From the IMG/VR virus record IMGVR_UViG_2671180603_000011, positions 1 through 31,153 of that record: 31,153 nt of DNA; one strand, given 5' to 3'. This DNA comes from a virus. Lineage: Duplodnaviria; Heunggongvirae; Uroviricota; Caudoviricetes. A program made the translations under genes and the position numbers. Every line of letters begins with the position of its first letter. Position 1 is the stretch's first letter. This document shows, in pieces, positions 25,554 through 31,153 of the stretch. Below the pieces are notes generated by a model that saw only the letters and a program-made list of their open reading frames with translations, was not told the DNA's origin and did no database searches.

Positions 25554-25741
25554 AGGCGGCACTGTCCGGCATTGAGCGCAACGGCTACGCGCAATATCTG
25601 GTATTACGCCGCCACTGGCTACCGGATGGCGAGGACACACCGGAAGACATTGCCGCTGCGGTCTGGCTGGACAACCGTTATTTCGAAAACATGAGTATTG
25701 CCGTCAATAACGGCATTGCGAGAGCATTTAAAGGTGGGTAA
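25544..25741 (+). other. Programmed -1 ribosomal frameshift site (A AAA AAA) and the -1 frame extension giving an E'-type chaperone fusion
   Basis: The heptamer at 25544-25550 sits on the last two Lys codons of the chaperone. The -1 frame is open for 63 codons (IKAALSGIERNGYAQYLV ... IARAFKGG) and terminates at the TAA at 25739-25741, which overlaps the ATG of the tape measure gene. Confidence 0.6.
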
Positions 25742-27822
25742 TGGCTGCTGAACTTGATTTTACGCTAAGTCTGGTTGATAAGCTGACGAGACCCTTAAAA
25801 CAGGCGCAATCGGCTGTGACCGGATTTGCTGACAAGGCAACAGCCGACTTTAAACGTCTCGGTTTTGGTGTGGCCGGGTTATGGGGGGCTGCTCAGGGAA
25901 TAAAAGGACTGGTCAACCCCGCCCGCGACATGGAAGCCGCGCTGGCCGAAGTCAGCTCGCTGGATGTGGCAAATAAAACACTCGATCAGCTGCGTAAAAC
26001 TTCACAGACGTTTGCCATTAACTACGGCGAAAGCGCCAGCAATTTCGTCCGCAGCGCCTACGATATCCAGTCCGCCATCGCAGGACTTCAGGGTGACGAA
26101 CTGCCAAAATTTACTGAAGCATCCGCCATTCTCGCCAAAGCCACCAAATCAGACACGGCCACCATTACTAACTATATGGGCACCATGTACGGTGTTTTTA
26201 AAAATACCGCAGAGAAGATGGGGCGCACGCAGTGGGTTGAACAAATTGCCGGGCAGACCGCAACCGCCGTTCAGGTGTTCAAAACTACCGGTAATGAAAT
26301 GTCTGCTGCCTTTACTGCGCTGGGTGCCAACGCGCAGGCAATGAAGGTATCTGCCGCTGAACAGTTCGCCGTACTGGGACAGCTCCAGTCCACCATGTCA
26401 GGCAGCGAGGCGGGAACCAAATATAAATCATTCCTGGCGGGGATTGGGAATGCGCAAAAAGTGCTGGGGCTGAACTTTACCAACCGGGACGGCAGTGCCA
26501 GAAGCATTACCGGTATCATCGACCTGATTAAAGGAAAGTTTGGCGATCTGTCAAAAGTGGCAGATGCAGACCTGCTGAAAAAAGCCTTTGGCAGCGATGA
26601 AGCGGTGTCCATGATTAAACTACTGGCCGGAGATGTTGACGGGCTGAAACGGAACATCAATACATTAGGTAACATCAAAGGCATGGATAAAGCCATCGAA
26701 ATGGCGAAAAAGATGGTTGACCCGTGGGATCAGGTTAATTCTTTACTGGAGCAGGTTCGCGTCAGCATTGGTCTGCGGCTCGATCCCGTCTTTGCCCCGT
26801 TCCTGCAAAAAATCATCACCGGCGGGAAAGCCTTCATGAAATGGCTGGATACGTTCCCCAATATTGCCCGCTGGCTGGGATATATCACTGCAATGACCCT
26901 CGCCTTTGCCGCAGCAGGGGCGCTTGCCAGTATCACGATGGGGGCCTTCGGCTTTATCATGACCGGGCTCAGCGGAATTGCTGGCGTGCTGAAAGGCGCA
27001 TGGAAAGGACTAATCTTCACCCTGGATTTATTACGCCCCTCCCTGCTTTCAACCCGTCTTGGCCTGATGGGGCTATGGATTCAGGAAAAAGCCGTCTGGG
27101 TGTGGTCAAAACTGGTCGCTCTTTGGGCAGGGATCTGTAAAGCGGCGATCGTAGCCTGGAACGTAGTGTTACGTGCGGGCGCGGTTGCAATGCGCCTGTG
27201 GGGTGTGGCGACGGCATTCGCAGGCGGTGCGCTGCAACTCCTGATAAGCCCCATAACCCTGATTATTCTCGCCATTGCCGCACTTGCCGTAGGGATCTGT
27301 CTGGCTATCAAATACTGGGACAATATTAAAGCCGCCATCATGGACACGGAAGCTTTCTGTGCCCTGCTAAAAGTCATTAACGCTGTGGTGGGCTGGTTTG
27401 ATGATGCATGGAACAGCATTAAAGCCGGATGGGACAATCTGACGAACTGGTTTAAAAATTTTTCGCTGGCCGACACGTTCGGCAATATCACGGCTGGAAT
27501 TGGCAAGCTCTTTGACGGCATATGGGATTCCATTAAGAGCTCCTTTACCGGGACATGGAACTGGATAGCAGAGAAGCTCAACAAAATCCCCGGTGTCAAT
27601 ATCAGCACCGCACAACAGACCGTCGCACCGACACCCGCCCCGGAGCTTATCACTGGCAACCGTAGCGCCGCCATCCAGGGTGGGCCGGTAAGTCACCAGA
27701 TAAGCAACAACCGGGGCGACAAAGTCACCAATAACAACGTTAAGCAGGATATCACACTGCACGTTGACACCCTGGCGACACCGGGACAACTGGCGGAATA
27801 CAGCGAACTGGCAGCGGGGTGA
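25741..27822 (+). CDS. Tail tape measure protein
   Basis: 693 aa; Ala/Gly-rich helical N-terminal half and hydrophobic segments in the C-terminal half; directly downstream of the frameshifted chaperone pair. Confidence 0.8.
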   Translation: MAAELDFTLSLVDKLTRPLKQAQSAVTGFADKATADFKRLGFGVAGLWGAAQGIKGLVNPARDMEAALAEVSSLDVANKTLDQLRKTSQTFAINYGESASNFVRSAYDIQSAIAGLQGDELPKFTEASAILAKATKSDTATITNYMGTMYGVFKNTAEKMGRTQWVEQIAGQTATAVQVFKTTGNEMSAAFTALGANAQAMKVSAAEQFAVLGQLQSTMSGSEAGTKYKSFLAGIGNAQKVLGLNFTNRDGSARSITGIIDLIKGKFGDLSKVADADLLKKAFGSDEAVSMIKLLAGDVDGLKRNINTLGNIKGMDKAIEMAKKMVDPWDQVNSLLEQVRVSIGLRLDPVFAPFLQKIITGGKAFMKWLDTFPNIARWLGYITAMTLAFAAAGALASITMGAFGFIMTGLSGIAGVLKGAWKGLIFTLDLLRPSLLSTRLGLMGLWIQEKAVWVWSKLVALWAGICKAAIVAWNVVLRAGAVAMRLWGVATAFAGGALQLLISPITLIILAIAALAVGICLAIKYWDNIKAAIMDTEAFCALLKVINAVVGWFDDAWNSIKAGWDNLTNWFKNFSLADTFGNITAGIGKLFDGIWDSIKSSFTGTWNWIAEKLNKIPGVNISTAQQTVAPTPAPELITGNRSAAIQGGPVSHQISNNRGDKVTNNNVKQDITLHVDTLATPGQLAEYSELAAG

Positions 27823-27825
27823 CAA

Positions 27826-28164
27826 ATGAGTACGAAATCACTTTATATCGACCTGCTCATTACTGACGGCGATCTTACGTTCAACTCCGCCAGTGAGCCG
27901 GTCTTGTGTGACAACCGCCAGAGTATTGCTCAGGACATGATTCACGCCCTGATTGAAAGTGGTCTGCCCTGTCGTCTGATTGCGGAGAACAGCCCCACAC
28001 TCAGGGCCGACCTGTTCACGCAAATGGTGATACTCCTGGAGGAGGATGAACGCCTCATTCCCGGCTCCGTATTTATTGACGAAGAGCAACGCGGCCAGCT
28101 CCTTGTTACCGCCGATACCTACGATTTTGGTCAGTTAAGCCAGGGGATGCGCTATGCAGAATAA
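27826..28164 (+). CDS. Small baseplate protein candidate (gpW/gp25-like position)
   Basis: 112 aa gene between the tape measure and J-like genes; positional inference. Confidence 0.35.
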   Translation: MSTKSLYIDLLITDGDLTFNSASEPVLCDNRQSIAQDMIHALIESGLPCRLIAENSPTLRADLFTQMVILLEEDERLIPGSVFIDEEQRGQLLVTADTYDFGQLSQGMRYAE

Positions 28165-29332
28165 TATCGACTTCAAAAACATACTGCGCGAAAGCGGAAT
28201 GCCGGTTGATGAACAGACCGTACGTGACACCCTGCAACAGGTGGCAGATGATGAAAAACTCATCACCAATACGTCGCGCATGTCGCCATTCTGGCGGCTG
28301 ATTCAGTTGCTGGTTATCACGCCGTATGTGTGGATTGTTGACACACTGGCTGACAATGTACTGCATAATCTGTTTCTGATGACTGCCAGAGGGCCGTTCG
28401 TTGACCTGTTCGCTGCCGCCCTCAGGCTTACCCGCAAGGAAGCCACGCGTGCGATCGGTAAAATCATTTTTACCAAAAACAACCAGAATGACAGTGTGAC
28501 CGTACCGGCTGGCACACTGATTCAGACGGAGCGTATTAACGGTGTGATTTATTCCATGGCGACCCGCGAGCAGGTAATTATCCCCGCAGGCACGCAAAGC
28601 ACCCTTATTGATGTGATCGCCACCGACAGCGGTACGGCATTCAATCTGGCACCAGGCTATTACCAGATACTCCCCAAAGCGATTAACGGAATTGCGTCTG
28701 TACGTAACGGTGATAACTGGCTGACCATACCGGGCGCAAACCGCGAAAGTGACGACGAACTAAAAGATCGTTGCCGTAACCAGTTTAACCTTGCCGGCAG
28801 TTATCACACTGACGCAGTTTACCGCAGCCTGATAGCTGCACAGGCCGGACTGACCATCGATCGCATCTTCTTTTTACATGACGCCCCGCGAGGACTTGGT
28901 ACAGCTAATGCCTACCTGCTGCTGGATACCGGGGTTATTTCGCAACCCTGGGTTGACAGCGTGAATGATTACATCATGGCACAGGGACATCACGGCCACG
29001 GCGATGATATGCGTTGTTTTGCCATGCCGGAAACCCGCCACGATCTGGCGGTTACGGTGTATGTTGAAAACCTTTCCAATATCAGCAAAAACGATATCGA
29101 CGCCCTGAAATCAGGCACTGAAAACCTGATTCGTTGTGCATTCCGTGAAAACAGTAACTACGACGTAACCCGCACATGGCCATACAGTCGCTTTTCATTC
29201 TCGCAACTGGGACGCGAACTGCATGACACCTTTCCTCTGGTGGGATCCGTGACGTTTTCCCTTGAGGATATCATCAGCGATCTGAACGTACCCCGCCTGA
29301 ACACACTGACAGTTGAGGTGAAGAATGCCTGA
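28154..29332 (+). CDS. Baseplate J-like protein
   Basis: 392 aa; overlapping starts and stops with both flanking genes; precedes the I-like gene and the tail fibre as in P2/Mu baseplate modules. Confidence 0.5.
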   Translation: MQNNIDFKNILRESGMPVDEQTVRDTLQQVADDEKLITNTSRMSPFWRLIQLLVITPYVWIVDTLADNVLHNLFLMTARGPFVDLFAAALRLTRKEATRAIGKIIFTKNNQNDSVTVPAGTLIQTERINGVIYSMATREQVIIPAGTQSTLIDVIATDSGTAFNLAPGYYQILPKAINGIASVRNGDNWLTIPGANRESDDELKDRCRNQFNLAGSYHTDAVYRSLIAAQAGLTIDRIFFLHDAPRGLGTANAYLLLDTGVISQPWVDSVNDYIMAQGHHGHGDDMRCFAMPETRHDLAVTVYVENLSNISKNDIDALKSGTENLIRCAFRENSNYDVTRTWPYSRFSFSQLGRELHDTFPLVGSVTFSLEDIISDLNVPRLNTLTVEVKNA

Positions 29333-29897
29333 TAAATCACCGGACATTAAGTTGCCGTCATGGCTGAATCGCGGCGATGTGCTCCGCCTGAAAAACACCT
29401 TTATCCGTTTCTGGGGAAAGGTGCACGACTGGGTAACATGGCCACTGAGCCAGACCGACCCACTGACATGTGCGGAATCCATTCTGAACCTGACAGCCTG
29501 GCAATATGATATAGCCCGTTTTGACGGCGAACCGCTCACGCTGTACAGAAAGCGTGTCAAATATGCCTTTATCAACGCACAGGACGCGGGCAGCGTGGCG
29601 GGATTCAGGGCAATTTTTGAACGACTGGGGATCGGTTATGTGGAGATTCAGGAGCGCCAGCCAGGCACAGACTGGGATGTTGTTCTTTTGCGCCTGACAG
29701 ACAACCAGATCTCAGAAAATACAACATTACTCAATCAGATAATTCGCCAGTACGGTCGCACCTGCCGCCGTTACCATCTTCAGATAATCACATCCACGGA
29801 TTGTGTTATCGGACACGGATACTGGCATGGCAGCTATCACTATTTTTATGCACCGGAGATGAAAAATGACCCAGAGCGCTATCACTTCAGCATTTGA
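29325..29897 (+). CDS. Tail protein I-like baseplate component
   Basis: 190 aa; immediately upstream of, and overlapping, the tail fibre gene, as P2 I precedes H. Confidence 0.5.
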   Translation: MPDKSPDIKLPSWLNRGDVLRLKNTFIRFWGKVHDWVTWPLSQTDPLTCAESILNLTAWQYDIARFDGEPLTLYRKRVKYAFINAQDAGSVAGFRAIFERLGIGYVEIQERQPGTDWDVVLLRLTDNQISENTTLLNQIIRQYGRTCRRYHLQIITSTDCVIGHGYWHGSYHYFYAPEMKNDPERYHFSI

Positions 29898-31153
29898 GCG
29901 CCTGAAAGCGCAGGAAGCCGCAGGCGGCAACCGTATCATCATTGATCAGTTTGTATTTGCAAATATCCCGGATCTGAACATTGCCGACACGCCGTCTGAA
30001 AACGAACCATTGCCCCCCGATGCACAGATAGTTCACCGCCAGAACGTTGATCGCAACGGAATGGTAAATGAGAACACCGTCGCCTACTCCGTTACCCTGC
30101 CGGAGTCCACGGGTGATTTTACTTTTAACTGGCTGGGTCTGGTAAGCAGCACCACAAATACACTTTGTATGGTGGTATATCTTCACCCTCAGAAAAAAAT
30201 AAAAACCGCAGACGGCAAACAGGGTAATACCCTGATTTATTCTGAAATTATGGAATACGCCGGAGCCAGCGCCGCAACCGGCATCACCACGCCAGTAAGC
30301 ACCTGGCAGATTGATTTTACGGCACGGCTTCACGGCATGGACGAGGCCACCCGCAAAGCGGCGCTGGATATCTACGGGCCTGGCCTGTTCTTTAATAACG
30401 CCTTTAAACTCACCGCTCAGGCTACCGGGCAGGCGACCTTCGCGCCGGGTATTGCCTATCTGCGCGGATTACGTGTGGAGCTGAATGAACAAGGCACACT
30501 GACATACGCCACCGGAATTTCACAAACTGTTTATGTTGACGCGGCATTAACCGGTACCCTGACCGGGGAAAATAAAGCCATATTCAGCCTGACGAGTCAG
30601 AAAACAGCCGACTATACCGACAGTTCAGGATTTGCCCATTATGTCGAACCCATCGCCACAATATCAGACAGTGGCGAGATCACCGATATACGAAAAACCC
30701 GCAAACCATTAAATGACCGCCTTGATGGCGAATACCTGACCCGTAACGGGAACCTGAAAGAAATTGCTGACAAAGGTGAACAGGCCCAGTCTGATGCCAG
30801 AAAGCATATGGGCCTCGGCGACAGCGCCACCCTTAATGTTGGCACCGCGCAGGACACTGTAGCCGCAGGTGACGACATCCGCATCACAGGAGCGCTGCAA
30901 AAAAATCAGAACGGAGCAGATATTCCCGATAAACCGCTGTTTATCCAGAACGTTGGTTTACAGGAAACGGTAAACAAGGCTGATAACGCTGTCCAAAAGA
31001 CAGGCGATACCTTGTCCGGTGGACTTACTTTTGAAAACGACTCAATCCTCGCCTGGATTCGGAATACTGACTGGGCGAAGATTGGATTTAAAAATGATTC
31101 GGATGCAGACACCGATTCCTACATGTGGTTTGAAACGGCGGATAACGGTAATG
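29866..31153 (+). CDS. Tail fibre protein, partial (3' end beyond the window)
   Basis: Open frame from the ATG at 29866 (GGAG at 29855-29858) to the window edge, hence absent from the ORF track. Translation MTQSAITSAFERLKAQEAAGG ... LSGGLTFENDSILAWIRNTDWAKIGFKND ... YMWFETADNGN includes a block I recall as conserved among P2 H / Mu S / lambda Stf-type fibres. Confidence 0.65.
   Translation, partial: MTQSAITSAFERLKAQEAAGGNRIIIDQFVFANIPDLNIADTPSENEPLPPDAQIVHRQNVDRNGMVNENTVAYSVTLPESTGDFTFNWLGLVSSTTNTLCMVVYLHPQKKIKTADGKQGNTLIYSEIMEYAGASAATGITTPVSTWQIDFTARLHGMDEATRKAALDIYGPGLFFNNAFKLTAQATGQATFAPGIAYLRGLRVELNEQGTLTYATGISQTVYVDAALTGTLTGENKAIFSLTSQKTADYTDSSGFAHYVEPIATISDSGEITDIRKTRKPLNDRLDGEYLTRNGNLKEIADKGEQAQSDARKHMGLGDSATLNVGTAQDTVAAGDDIRITGALQKNQNGADIPDKPLFIQNVGLQETVNKADNAVQKTGDTLSGGLTFENDSILAWIRNTDWAKIGFKNDSDADTDSYMWFETADNGN

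Larger units (their letters stand above)
2998..31153. mobile_element. Prophage with P2/186-like lysogeny, replication and head modules and a mosaic tail-lysis module; left end approximate, right end beyond the window
   Basis: Contiguous block of integrase, repressor, early operon, gpA-like replicase, Ogr-like activator, portal, terminase, scaffold, capsid, lysis genes, tape measure, baseplate and tail fibre. Left boundary inferred only from the end of recognisable host sequence; no att repeat can be confirmed without the other junction. Confidence 0.8.

Noticed and set aside
26271-27825. Several minus-strand ORFs inside the tape measure gene (e.g. 27081..27674, 27367..27825)
   Set aside because: The plus-strand 693-aa frame is continuous and positionally supported by the frameshifted chaperone upstream; the antisense ORFs lack start-site context.

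Overview
The window holds about 3 kb of Escherichia-type chromosome (nlpC-btuD-btuE-btuC, all on the minus strand) followed by at least 28 kb of a temperate-phage genome that runs off the right edge. The prophage has a P2/186-like lysogeny, replication and head module: P2-type tyrosine integrase, small HTH repressor on the same strand, a rightward early operon, a gpA-like HUH replication initiator, an Ogr/Delta-type zinc-finger activator, then portal and terminase on the minus strand facing scaffold, capsid, small terminase and head-completion genes on the plus strand. Downstream the tail module is mosaic, not P2-ordered: putative sheath and tube, a lambda-style lysis cassette (holin, lysozyme, Rz with embedded Rz1), a tail chaperone with a -1 frameshift site, tape measure, baseplate proteins and a tail fibre cut by the window end. 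The best candidates for an undescribed system are the AT-rich two-gene module packed against the 3' end of int (zinc-ribbon protein plus a repeat-containing membrane-anchored coiled-coil protein), followed by the two small genes after the replication gene and the Dam-DUF4406-HTH module. All calls rest on reading the ORF translations, motifs and gene order; no database search was run, and the comparisons to P2 proteins and sites are from memory.
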